Positions 8,188-16,843 of a stretch of DNA of 64,000 nucleotides are shown one piece after another; position 1 is the first letter of the stretch; every line of letters begins with the position of its first letter. The translations under genes were made by a program, and so were the position numbers. The notes under the pieces are model-generated. The model worked only from the letters and a program-made list of their open reading frames with translations. It was not told where the DNA came from and did not search any database. The stretch is from a virus. The stretch is from IMG/VR virus record IMGVR_UViG_3300044616_001452, one strand, 5' to 3'.

Positions 8188-8444
8188 TGAACGAACGAAT
8201 CCAAGAACTTGCTGAACAAGCAGACCTCTTTGCTGATTCTAAACTTTTAATGAAAGGCGAATATCATCCCGATTGGCACGACATTCGTGATGAAAAGTTT
8301 GCCATGTTGATTGTGCAAGAATGCATTGAGCAAGCTCATTGTGTGGCTGATTCGCGTGGTGTAAATGCTGATATGATTTATGGTGCTGATACTGCTGCTG
8401 CAAGAATTGCTAAACATTTTGGAGTAAATAATGAAACTAAGTGA
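8184..8444 (+). CDS. MNERIQEL-family small protein, copy 3
   Basis: MNERIQELA...FAMLIVQEC...HFGV. Confidence 0.8.
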   Translation: MMNERIQELAEQADLFADSKLLMKGEYHPDWHDIRDEKFAMLIVQECIEQAHCVADSRGVNADMIYGADTAAARIAKHFGVNNETK

Positions 8445-8754
8445 ACTGCATCGATTGGTGAATGTATACCAAGAACGAATGATGCGGGAAGATCCAGAAG
8501 TTGTAGTTCAGATTAAACTCCCATACTCCACAATGGGTGGGCAACCAACGGTGCCCGTGAAAAGTTTACAAATGGGGTTTGACTGGGATCATGGTAAGTT
8601 CATTATCACACCAGAAGAAAATCTAACACCTGCTGACCGTGACTTTGCTGAACAAATGCGAAAAATGCAGGATGATTTGGGTTGGGTTAAACTTGAAAAT
8701 CATAAACTCAAGCAAGAGATTAAAAAACTGAAGAAACAACTAGGAGCACCATGA
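8431..8754 (+). CDS. hypothetical protein (GFDWDHG motif, C-terminal coiled coil)
   Basis: GGAG SD. Confidence 0.8.
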   Translation: MKLSELHRLVNVYQERMMREDPEVVVQIKLPYSTMGGQPTVPVKSLQMGFDWDHGKFIITPEENLTPADRDFAEQMRKMQDDLGWVKLENHKLKQEIKKLKKQLGAP

Positions 8755-9104
8755 TGAGTGAAGAAAAACCTTGTAGAGATAAAGAATGGTGGGAACATTA
8801 TCCGCTGCACAAATGGTGGTGTAATGATGTATGCCCATTGGTGCCCCGGTGGCATTACCGAGAAGGTGATGAATGGAATGCAAACAATTGGAGTGTTCAC
8901 TGGTTGTTATTCACTGTTTGGTCAATGGAACATTTTTCGTTTGGCGTGGATGCTGGGCTAGACCCAAATGAACTTTATGTTGGTGCTATCTTGCCTTACC
9001 TAAGAATTACAGTTGGCGTAAGGCATTGTTATTCCAACTGGCAAATTAAACTTACAGAATTTCTGCGAAGAAAGCCTGCAATTAAGGAGCCAAAATATGA
9101 CTGA
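8751..9104 (+). CDS. Trp-rich hypothetical protein
   Basis: AGGAG SD, coupled. Confidence 0.75.
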   Translation: MMSEEKPCRDKEWWEHYPLHKWWCNDVCPLVPRWHYREGDEWNANNWSVHWLLFTVWSMEHFSFGVDAGLDPNELYVGAILPYLRITVGVRHCYSNWQIKLTEFLRRKPAIKEPKYD

Positions 9105-9495
9105 AGAAGATGACGGTGTTGAAAAAGCAATGGCCGAATTGTCAGAAATTGGCCAACGATTTCAAAAAGTAGTTGATGCAATGGAGAAGGAACAGGAAGA
9201 TTTCTGGTATTCCCTAACAAAAGAGCAACAACTATTGGCTTTCTGTGCAATGTCTCGCCGTATCGTTGATGGTGAAATTAAACAGAAGGGCTCTTATCGT
9301 TATGTGCTATATAATGTTTTTGGTTTTGGTTCAGAAGCATATATGGCGGCTCAATGCGCAGGTTATCTAGATATTCACAATGCAATCTTTGATGCAGAAC
9401 ACGAAGCAGACTTGCTCAAAGCGTTTGCGAAGTTTCATGGGCTTGGTGAGGATGCCGTGGATAAATTTTATGAAACAGGGAGTCACAGAGTATGA
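9097..9495 (+). CDS. hypothetical protein
   Basis: AAGGAG SD. Confidence 0.8.
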   Translation: MTEEDDGVEKAMAELSEIGQRFQKVVDAMEKEQEDFWYSLTKEQQLLAFCAMSRRIVDGEIKQKGSYRYVLYNVFGFGSEAYMAAQCAGYLDIHNAIFDAEHEADLLKAFAKFHGLGEDAVDKFYETGSHRV

Positions 9496-9513
9496 ATAAT
9501 TCGAAGTTTTATA

Positions 9514-9684
9514 ATGGGTAAGATGTTTATTCTTTTTGCCAGCGCAATTGTTCTCATCGCGCTGGCTATTCACATTTTCGATAATTCGGTTAAACCTAAG
9601 ATCCTTGTATTCAGGGAGGGTGGGTATGAGTGTGTGACTCTGAGAGGGAGTGGCGGTGCTTCTTGCTACAGGGTTGAACAATGA
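9514..9684 (+). CDS. small membrane-anchored protein
   Basis: 56 aa, N-terminal TM, two Cys; read manually. Confidence 0.5.
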   Translation: MGKMFILFASAIVLIALAIHIFDNSVKPKILVFREGGYECVTLRGSGGASCYRVEQ

Positions 9685-9809
9685 TAGAAAAGCTATTATG
9701 GTTGTTAATTGTACCATGTTTCTTCTTAGCTATTACCATATTCTTAATCGCCTTTTTTGCAATGATGTTTGGTCCAATAGTAAATCTAATAATTGGTAAT
9801 GTTTCTTAA
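9681..9809 (+). CDS. small membrane protein
   Basis: 42-aa hydrophobic ORF, ATGA coupling. Confidence 0.5.
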   Translation: MIEKLLWLLIVPCFFLAITIFLIAFFAMMFGPIVNLIIGNVS

Positions 9810-9861
9810 CGGCTGGACATACCTACTTATATAAGATAAGAGACTGGTATCGAGGTAAATA

Positions 9862-9915
9862 TGTTGTTTTTATGCAAATGTACCAGTTGCCAACAGGAAA
9901 TAGTTGTGATACAAT
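9862..9915 (+). promoter_or_regulatory. early promoter cassette 4: degenerate box + TTGCCA-N17-TACAAT (TGn extended -10)
   Basis: TGTTG-N8-CAAAT 9862-9879, -35 9887-9892, -10 9910-9915. Confidence 0.75.
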
Positions 9916-9946
9916 GTTGAGACAGTCAAATATTATGGAGAATTTA

Positions 9947-11098
9947 ATGAACAAGAATGCAAAAGCTTTCGTTTCCGCTGCAACTGAAGTTTTTGGTCCC
10001 AATGCGATTATCACCCGTGATGACATTCAAGCGGTTGTTGAGAATCGGAAAGTTCCGTATCCCTTTTGGTTTGTAACTCGCCAAGAGTTCCGCGCTGGGC
10101 GCGGCAACTACCGTCTGCCAGATTTTCCTGATGGTAATCCTGTTGTTGTGCCTGTTCAAACTCAAGAAGCACCACAACCAACGGCTACTGTAGAAATGTC
10201 TGCAACTGTTCATGTTCTCCGTCAGAAACGGCTTCAAGATGATGTTGACGTTTCTATTCCCGAAAAATATGATGGTTATGTTCCTTTTGGTTTTTACAAG
10301 GATCTTCTGACCATTATTCAATCACGAAACTTTTTCCCTGTGTTTATCACTGGGCTTTCAGGTAACGGTAAAACCCTGATGGTCGAGCAGGTTTGCGCCA
10401 ATCTTAAACGTGAATGTATTCGCGTTAACGTATCGATTGAAACTGATGAATCTGACCTCATTGGTGGTCCTACTCTTATCGATGGCAATGTGGTGTACCG
10501 TGATGGTCCTGTTATCACAGCCATGAAACGTGGTGCAATTCTTCTGATCGATGAGATTGACCGTGGTTCGAATAAACTTATGTGCCTGCAAGGTATTCTA
10601 GAGGGTAAACCATACTTTAACAAAAAGTCTGGTGAGTATATTCATCCGAGTGCTGGCTTCAATATTGTTGCAACGGCTAACACCAAAGGGCGTGGTTCAG
10701 AAGAAGGTAAGTATTTGTCACAGATTCTTGACGATGCATTCCTTGAGCGTTTCAATATCACTGTTGAACAACAATATCCCGAGTCTCGCGTCGAACTGAA
10801 GATTCTAAAGCCTCTGCTGAATGATAATGAGTTTGCCGAGAATCTGGTGAAATGGGCTGATGTTATTCGCAAGACCTTTAATGAAGGTGGTGTGGATGAA
10901 ATTATCTCTACTCGCCGACTGGTGCATATTGCAAAAACTTATAGCATCTTTAAAGATCGTCAAAAAGCAATTCAACTATGTGTGAATCGTTTTGATGAAG
11001 AAACCAAACTGGCGTTTCTTGATCTGTACACGAAAGTTGATGTTAAGGTTGCAGAGGCAAACACCGCCACAACCAATGTTGATGAGTTGCCTTTCTAA
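9947..11098 (+). CDS. MoxR/CbbQ-type AAA+ ATPase (CobS-like of T4-like phages)
   Basis: GLSGNGKT, LLIDEID, ATANTKGRG, AFLERF, ISTRRL; GGAG SD before ATG 9947. Confidence 0.9.
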   Translation: MNKNAKAFVSAATEVFGPNAIITRDDIQAVVENRKVPYPFWFVTRQEFRAGRGNYRLPDFPDGNPVVVPVQTQEAPQPTATVEMSATVHVLRQKRLQDDVDVSIPEKYDGYVPFGFYKDLLTIIQSRNFFPVFITGLSGNGKTLMVEQVCANLKRECIRVNVSIETDESDLIGGPTLIDGNVVYRDGPVITAMKRGAILLIDEIDRGSNKLMCLQGILEGKPYFNKKSGEYIHPSAGFNIVATANTKGRGSEEGKYLSQILDDAFLERFNITVEQQYPESRVELKILKPLLNDNEFAENLVKWADVIRKTFNEGGVDEIISTRRLVHIAKTYSIFKDRQKAIQLCVNRFDEETKLAFLDLYTKVDVKVAEANTATTNVDELPF

Positions 11099-11109
11099 AG
11101 GAGATAAAG

Positions 11110-11685
11110 ATTTTTATCTTTGATGTAGAAACACTTGGTAAGAAGTCCAGTGCTGCCATCCTTTCGATGGCAGCCGTTCACTTCGATCCTGTTAAAAAAC
11201 CATCTTTTGATGAGATGAAAGCATCCGCCTTTTTTGTGAAATTGAATGCAAAGGATCAACTTACAAGGTTGAAAAGGTCGATTACTAAATCATCCGTTGA
11301 TTGGTGGGAAAAACAGTGTGATAACGTAAAGATTAAATCTTTCAGGCCACATGCAAATGATGTACTCTTTGAGGATGGCTATGAAATGCTTCGTGAATGG
11401 GCTAAATCTTTTAAAGATAACAAGTCTTGGGTCTGGGCAAGAGGCAATCTAGACCAACTGGTCATGGACGATATTGAGGAACAACTGGGGCTTGATCCTG
11501 TCTTTCCATACTCCCGGTGGCGGGACGTAAGAACTGCTATCGATATTTTCTATGACACCGAAAACGGTTATGTTGATGTTAGCCATGAAGGTTTTAAGTC
11601 TGAACTTATGATAACAAAACATGACCCGGTGGATGATTGTCTTTTGGATGCCATGATGTTGCTTTATGGCAACAAAAGAACCTGA
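11110..11685 (+). CDS. dexA: DexA-like DEDD 3'-5' exonuclease, probable non-canonical ATT start
   Basis: FIFDVETLG ExoI motif upstream of first ATG; WARGNLD, RWRDVRT, HDPVDDC. Confidence 0.8.
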   Translation: MFIFDVETLGKKSSAAILSMAAVHFDPVKKPSFDEMKASAFFVKLNAKDQLTRLKRSITKSSVDWWEKQCDNVKIKSFRPHANDVLFEDGYEMLREWAKSFKDNKSWVWARGNLDQLVMDDIEEQLGLDPVFPYSRWRDVRTAIDIFYDTENGYVDVSHEGFKSELMITKHDPVDDCLLDAMMLLYGNKRT

Positions 11686-11717
11686 TGGTTGCCAACCAAA
11701 ACCATCTGTGCTATAAT
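11657..11717 (+). promoter_or_regulatory. early promoter cassette 5: box inside dexA 3' end + TTGCCA-N17-TATAAT
   Basis: TGTTG-N8-CAACA 11657-11674, -35 11689-11694, -10 11712-11717. Confidence 0.85.
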
Positions 11718-11762
11718 GAAGTCTCTGGTATTTTTTAATCAACTTTGATGAGGAACTTTGAA

Positions 11763-12107
11763 ATGTCTAAACACACTGGTAAAATCAATCGTCACGAAAA
11801 AATTGCTTGCGTTCTCCTTTCTGGTAAGCCTGTATCGCCAGATCAGATTCGTGAATGCTTCAAAGGCACGGATCAAGAATCTGTACTATATCGCCTTTCA
11901 ACCAACATCTATAATATTCGCAAAGATGGTGGTGTGATTAGGGTTCATAAAAATGGGCGAACGGTGACCGGTTATCAACTGATGAATCCTGATGAGTTTA
12001 ATTCTGATGGTCGTTATGTTGGTAAAACCAAGGTGGTTAAACCTGTTACTCCTGTGACACCTGTTCAGCCCACACCTAAATCTGAAGTCGCAGTGGAAAA
12101 TGTATAA
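11763..12107 (+). CDS. putative winged-helix DNA-binding protein
   Basis: Helix-helix-helix then beta-wing pattern (YRLSTNIYNIRKDGGVIRVHKNGRTVTGYQL); GAGG SD. Confidence 0.55.
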   Translation: MSKHTGKINRHEKIACVLLSGKPVSPDQIRECFKGTDQESVLYRLSTNIYNIRKDGGVIRVHKNGRTVTGYQLMNPDEFNSDGRYVGKTKVVKPVTPVTPVQPTPKSEVAVENV

Positions 12108-12280
12108 TGAATCGTTTTAATCTTGATCCAGTTTTTACTCTGAACCTTCGTCGTATCGACAAAGGTTATATTTCAAATCTTGTTACAGTAGAAGTTGATG
12201 ACAAGATTGAAAAACAGTTAGAGACTATGAATGAATTTACTGATGCAAAAAACGTAATCAAAAAATTCATGAAAGGTTAA
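12107..12280 (+). CDS. hypothetical protein
   Basis: 57 aa, TAATG coupling; read manually. Confidence 0.6.
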   Translation: MNRFNLDPVFTLNLRRIDKGYISNLVTVEVDDKIEKQLETMNEFTDAKNVIKKFMKG

Positions 12281-12285
12281 AATAA

Positions 12286-12513
12286 ATGGTTACTTCCAAG
12301 GCATCGAAGATTCAATCTCATCCGTTACAAAGCTCGGGCAAGACCAAAAAAAATTCTTACACCGAGCCTCCGTTTCCTGAGGAACAAGTGGTTATGACCA
12401 ATAACAGGTTTTTCGGTTTCTATCTTGATGCATGGAACTATTGCGTCAAACATAACATTGACATTAAAAGAATTTTTCGTTATGATTGGAAAACCTGGGA
12501 AGTTCGGGCGTGA
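12286..12513 (+). CDS. hypothetical protein
   Basis: 75-aa ORF; true start may be internal. Confidence 0.6.
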   Translation: MVTSKASKIQSHPLQSSGKTKKNSYTEPPFPEEQVVMTNNRFFGFYLDAWNYCVKHNIDIKRIFRYDWKTWEVRA

Positions 12514-13691
12514 GTAGCGTTGAAAACTTTTTTAGAGATTTGTATCGTTCTCGGGGCATGAGAACTATTTCCCGTGGCTTGCGCCGTATAAAAGCCAAAA
12601 CAGTCATGTCAGGAACTAGAAAACGTTCATTTAATAAAAGAAGATATAATAACTTTGAAGGTGAAGTAGCAATGAAAGGAAATATGGAGATGAATGCAAA
12701 TCCAAAAGATATTTTCTTGGGTGTTTCAGACCTCGCCGAGATGGCGACCTCTAGAATCATCAATGGACGTATTGAAAAAAATGAAGAATGTTTTCATGAC
12801 ACATTCGGCATCTATGTTCAGTTCAATATTTGGAAAGAATATATCAATAATAATTTTTCAAATCTGAAACAGATGCAACTTGCATCACACCGTGGTTTTC
12901 TTTTTGATGTTGAAGACCGTTCCTTTTTGGAATACAATATTCATTCGACACACATTTCAATTGAACTGGTCGGCTCAAAGTCATTCAACCAAAAGTATCG
13001 AAACCTTCTGACCAATGAATTTGAGGTTGTAACCAATCGTATCGAGTGGGTGTATGGTGCTGATGGGCACTCTATTGAAGTACCTGTATTGCACGACAGA
13101 ATGCCCGTGGAAGAGATGTATCCCTTCTTGGAGGGGCGTACCCTCGCGCAATACTATGATGAGTTCATGATGAGTTCTGCGTCGATCCTGCTGCTGATTG
13201 GACCGCCTGGAACAGGTAAGACAACCTTTATTCGTGGGCTTCTTCGACACTGTGATATTTCTGCTATGGTGTCTTATGATGCCAACATTCTTGAAAAAGA
13301 TTTTGTCTTTGCAAGTTTCATCGAGGGTGACAAAGCAATTCTGGTTCTTGAAGATGCAGATATGTTTCTGAAGTCACGGCAAGATGGTAATACGATGATG
13401 CATAAGTTTCTAAACGTGGGTGATGGTTTGGTTACCACACGAAACAAGAAACTTATCTTCTCGACCAATTTGCCATCAATTCGTGATATTGATCCAGCCC
13501 TTGTACGCCCTGGTCGTTGTTATGATATCATTTCTTTCCGTGAACTGAGTCAAAACGAAGCCGAAAAGCTTGCAAAAAAGGCAGGCGTCACACTAAAGGA
13601 TCAAAGAATGCAATGGACAATTTCGGATGTGTTCTTTGAACAGAACACAAATACAACTAAACCTATTTCTCAAAAGGTGGGATTTATATGA
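12510..13691 (+). CDS. AAA ATPase (start uncertain)
   Basis: GPPGTGKT, LVLEDAD, STN, IDPALVRPGR SRH, C-terminal KVGFI. Confidence 0.9.
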   Translation: MSSVENFFRDLYRSRGMRTISRGLRRIKAKTVMSGTRKRSFNKRRYNNFEGEVAMKGNMEMNANPKDIFLGVSDLAEMATSRIINGRIEKNEECFHDTFGIYVQFNIWKEYINNNFSNLKQMQLASHRGFLFDVEDRSFLEYNIHSTHISIELVGSKSFNQKYRNLLTNEFEVVTNRIEWVYGADGHSIEVPVLHDRMPVEEMYPFLEGRTLAQYYDEFMMSSASILLLIGPPGTGKTTFIRGLLRHCDISAMVSYDANILEKDFVFASFIEGDKAILVLEDADMFLKSRQDGNTMMHKFLNVGDGLVTTRNKKLIFSTNLPSIRDIDPALVRPGRCYDIISFRELSQNEAEKLAKKAGVTLKDQRMQWTISDVFFEQNTNTTKPISQKVGFI

Positions 13692-13891
13692 TTAGATTTG
13701 AATTTTCGGATGAATACCAACAATATCGTTACTTTGTAACTCTGAAGGATATTGGTGACTTAAAACACATGATTCTAGAAGTGGAATATCATGGTCCAAA
13801 ATTTCCTGATGCTATTCGATCAAAGACAGAATTGTTTATGAACAAGTCTGAATGGAAAAACTTCAAAGATATTATTAACGCTGTTGTATAA
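13688..13891 (+). CDS. hypothetical protein
   Basis: ATGA coupling. Confidence 0.7.
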   Translation: MIRFEFSDEYQQYRYFVTLKDIGDLKHMILEVEYHGPKFPDAIRSKTELFMNKSEWKNFKDIINAVV

Positions 13892-13929
13892 AAGCAACAC
13901 TTGCCAAACCTCACCGTCTGTGCTATAAT
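13882..13929 (+). promoter_or_regulatory. early promoter cassette 6: box + TTGCCA-N17-TATAAT
   Basis: Box 13882-13899, -35 13901-13906, -10 13924-13929. Confidence 0.85.
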
Positions 13930-13956
13930 ATGGTATAGATTGTGAGGTTTTTTATT

Positions 13957-14208
13957 ATGAATGCAAATTACTTTCGTTCCTTGGCCTGTGAAGAACTGTG
14001 TGAAACCCTCATGTGGGGTGACTTGGTAGACGATTTTGGCACGTTCCGAAGCAAGGAGAAGGACAAGAAAGAGCAAACCTTCTACCGCCTCTCCATGAAG
14101 AATGGAACGGTCCTGGTGTACTCTCCTAAGTCTATCTTTATTGATGGGCAGAAACTCACCTCGGTGGCTGCGGCTAAGGTATACTTACAGAAAAATTATA
14201 TTGCATAG
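13957..14208 (+). CDS. hypothetical protein
   Basis: GAGG SD before ATG 13957. Confidence 0.7.
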   Translation: MNANYFRSLACEELCETLMWGDLVDDFGTFRSKEKDKKEQTFYRLSMKNGTVLVYSPKSIFIDGQKLTSVAAAKVYLQKNYIA

Positions 14209-14276
14209 CGATCCTAATGTTGCAGTGCGGTTGTTTTTCCTATATACTATAGTATCAACATTTATAGGAGAAACCC

Positions 14277-14480
14277 ATGTTCGCAGTTGACCAACTTATT
14301 GACACCGTACAGAATGGCAAGAAATATTTCGTTTCAACCTTTGTTACTGATGAATCTGTCCGTAAATCATTGAATGCATTTGTCGATGCTCAAACGGAAT
14401 TTACAAAACAAATCGTTAAAACAAACAACGATATGATTTCTTATTTTGCCGATCAGTCACTCAAATATAAGGCAAAATAA
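14277..14480 (+). CDS. phasin-like amphipathic helical protein
   Basis: 67 aa all-helical amphipathic pattern (IDTVQNGKK..FVDAQTEFTKQ); AGGAG SD; PhaR-like site upstream. Confidence 0.5.
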   Translation: MFAVDQLIDTVQNGKKYFVSTFVTDESVRKSLNAFVDAQTEFTKQIVKTNNDMISYFADQSLKYKAK

Positions 14481-14632
14481 TGCTAGAATTTTTAAGAAAA
14501 CTCCTTCAAAGAGCAGAAACAACATACGGCTCGGCTATGCAGGAATGGATTGAATCCAAAAGACCACAATCGATTCCTGATGTAGAAAGGTTGCAGAAAG
14601 AATACCAACAAACCTTATGGAGATCAAAATGA
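14480..14632 (+). CDS. small hypothetical protein (possibly DUF3563-like)
   Basis: 50 aa, TAATG coupling, WIESKRPQSIPDVERLQKEY. Confidence 0.55.
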   Translation: MLEFLRKLLQRAETTYGSAMQEWIESKRPQSIPDVERLQKEYQQTLWRSK

Positions 14633-14733
14633 ACACAATCAAAAAAGTTTGGAATTTTCTAATAGAATTAGGTGAAGCAATACATGAATACAAAAAAGGT
14701 ACTAAACAATATCCTAAAGGATGGTATTACTAA
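14629..14733 (+). CDS. small hypothetical protein
   Basis: 34 aa, GGAG SD, ATGA coupling. Confidence 0.5.
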   Translation: MNTIKKVWNFLIELGEAIHEYKKGTKQYPKGWYY

Positions 14734-14766
14734 ATAAGTTTAACTAAACCTTTTTCGAGTGTTGTT

Positions 14767-14904
14767 ATGGTATATTATGAACTTTTTCTTGAACTGGAAA
14801 GATTGCAGAGAGAAATAGAAAAACGCCGCAAAAGAAAGATTTTTTTCTTGACTGCGGCGTTTTTGTTATGTATAATCTGTGTAGTTTATTTTTTTATGGA
14901 GTAA
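14767..14904 (+). CDS. small tail-anchored membrane protein
   Basis: 45 aa, C-terminal hydrophobic stretch; ACTAAATA late-like promoter at 14729. Confidence 0.35.
   Translation: MVYYELFLELERLQREIEKRRKRKIFFLTAAFLLCIICVVYFFME
14819..14864 (+). terminator. long hairpin with U-tract, probable intrinsic terminator
   Basis: AAAAACGCCGCA / TGCGGCGTTTTT perfect 12-bp arms. Confidence 0.55.
14848..14876 (+). promoter_or_regulatory. sigma70-type promoter TTGACT-N17-TATAAT
   Basis: Near-consensus hexamers with 17-bp spacer. Confidence 0.7.
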
Positions 14905-14906
14905 TT

Positions 14907-15218
14907 ATGTCTACATTTATTGAAGTAAATTCAGTCGTACCTAAAAACTGTAAAGTAATCATCAATCTTGATACAATTCTAGAAATTGCACCTTTGGTCG
15001 CCGGCGGGTGCGTTCTCTATTTTTCAACCCTTGAATCAGGCTCACCGCGTACAATGACAGTATCGGACGATTATGCTATGTTCTCTCAATTTGTACTTCA
15101 AACAGTAACACCTGAAGATATTGCAAAACGTTTCCCTAAGAAAAAAATTGATGGCAATATCAAGCCACAGAATGTAAACGCTGGTGTTGAACTTAACATT
15201 CCTTCTTTTGGAGCTTAA
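14907..15218 (+). CDS. hypothetical protein (FlbD-like N-terminus)
   Basis: FIEVNS...VIINLDTILEI pattern; GGAG SD. Confidence 0.65.
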   Translation: MSTFIEVNSVVPKNCKVIINLDTILEIAPLVAGGCVLYFSTLESGSPRTMTVSDDYAMFSQFVLQTVTPEDIAKRFPKKKIDGNIKPQNVNAGVELNIPSFGA

Positions 15219-15219
15219 C

Positions 15220-15501
15220 ATGCCCTATATTTTCAAACACACTGATGATATTTCTGCAATTTCAATTGAGATGAAAATTGACCGTGATGATTTGACATTA
15301 GATAGCGTTCTAGTTGACTTTACAGATTTTCTTCGCGCATGCGGCTTTAGTTGGATTGATACAATTCAACATGTAAAAGAAGATGAAGAACTGAAGTTGA
15401 ATGATATGATTGAAAAGCATGAAAATATTGAACCAAATCAATATCAATCAAATCAGATGGATTGGATTTCCGCAAAAGGCTTTGAACCTTCTGAAAAATG
15501 A
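15220..15501 (+). CDS. hypothetical protein (FTDFLRACGF motif)
   Basis: GGAG SD; common T4-like small protein motif. Confidence 0.75.
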   Translation: MPYIFKHTDDISAISIEMKIDRDDLTLDSVLVDFTDFLRACGFSWIDTIQHVKEDEELKLNDMIEKHENIEPNQYQSNQMDWISAKGFEPSEK

Positions 15502-16298
15502 AAATCAAAGTTTTTATTGTTACGTGGCAAGATTCAGTTGCATTGAATAAAAACCTAGAAACTCTTTTTCAAATTTTTGAAAGGTCACTAGATGGTATCG
15601 ATTTACATATCAATATTCTTAATAACCATACTAACTTTTTCATAGATCCAAGATATGAATCTCATGTAAATGTGATTCACAATCGAGGCACGCCTGATTT
15701 TGCAACTGCAATGTTGGGGCGTATGTGGAACATGGCATTGATTCATGGCTTCAAAGACTTGAACAATCCAGATGCCGATATTGTGGTAACATCACAAGAC
15801 GATACGGTATGGAACTTTGATTGGTTGTTTCAGCTATTGGAAGTTCACCGTGATTTCGACTTTTATGCCGATGATGCAGGTGATATGGTTTGTTCTTATA
15901 CACCAGAAGCCGTCAAGAAAATCGGAATGTGGGACGAAAGGTTTCACTATGGGTTTGGTGAGGGGGATTATTTTCTCCGTGCGATCAAATATCTACCAGA
16001 AAGGTCCACCATAAATGACTTTGCACACGGTAGAGTATGGAATCCAAGTTTGCATCTAGCAAAGCGCCCAGAACCAGATCCAAATCGATATCAGGAACAA
16101 GATCGTTCCCATCAATTCAGAGGGCTGTCTTGGGAAGTTTGGAACTATAAGTGGAAAAGTTACGAATTGGAAGGTAAATGGCCAGATAATATACAAGAAA
16201 TGGTTGACAAAATTGACCCGGTGGCGCACCATGTATTGTATCCCTATTTTGAAATGTCTGTTGAAAACTTGAAAGAGAAAGGCTATATTGTACCGTGA
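15498..16298 (+). CDS. glycosyltransferase, GT-A fold (GT2-like)
   Basis: KVFIVTW start, SQDD DxD-like motif, KIGMWDERF..GFGEGDYFLR. Confidence 0.8.
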   Translation: MKIKVFIVTWQDSVALNKNLETLFQIFERSLDGIDLHINILNNHTNFFIDPRYESHVNVIHNRGTPDFATAMLGRMWNMALIHGFKDLNNPDADIVVTSQDDTVWNFDWLFQLLEVHRDFDFYADDAGDMVCSYTPEAVKKIGMWDERFHYGFGEGDYFLRAIKYLPERSTINDFAHGRVWNPSLHLAKRPEPDPNRYQEQDRSHQFRGLSWEVWNYKWKSYELEGKWPDNIQEMVDKIDPVAHHVLYPYFEMSVENLKEKGYIVP

Positions 16299-16843
16299 AT
16301 ATCTTCTATCTACATGATGATCCAAAAATCTGCGCTGAAATGCATAACGATAAGCATTGTGTCAAAATGATTATTGAGTATGCTCAACTCATGTCTACCG
16401 CACATCGTTTGCTTGATGGCTCACCTTACCTCGACAAAACGGCTAACGGGCGTTCAATCAAACGGTGGCGCCTTGAAGAACCTTTTGAAACCATTATGAT
16501 GAAGGCTTCTCATATCAATCATCCTTCAGCCGTATGGACCAGAGTAAGCAAACAAAATTATCTTTGGCTGAATAGAATGTGGCATCATCTCTGCAAAGAA
16601 TACACACATCGTTATGGTAAAATTCATGCTGTAGAAAAACGCATGAGTGATGCACTGTATATTTGGCCAAATAACATCTCCGATATTCCCTTTACTGGTC
16701 CTACACCTGCAATGCCTGATGATGTTAAAATTGCAGGTGATTCTCTTGCATCATATCGTAATTATTACAACAAAAACAAAACTCATCTCGCATCATGGAA
16801 AAATCGAAATGTTCCCGAATGGTATGGAGTAAACAATGCGTGA
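16295..16843 (+). CDS. pyrimidine-dimer DNA glycosylase (DenV)-related protein
   Basis: MNIFYL...DKHCVKMIIEYAQLMSTAHR, HINHPSAVW, EYTHRYGKIH, YRNYY. Confidence 0.75.
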   Translation: MNIFYLHDDPKICAEMHNDKHCVKMIIEYAQLMSTAHRLLDGSPYLDKTANGRSIKRWRLEEPFETIMMKASHINHPSAVWTRVSKQNYLWLNRMWHHLCKEYTHRYGKIHAVEKRMSDALYIWPNNISDIPFTGPTPAMPDDVKIAGDSLASYRNYYNKNKTHLASWKNRNVPEWYGVNNA

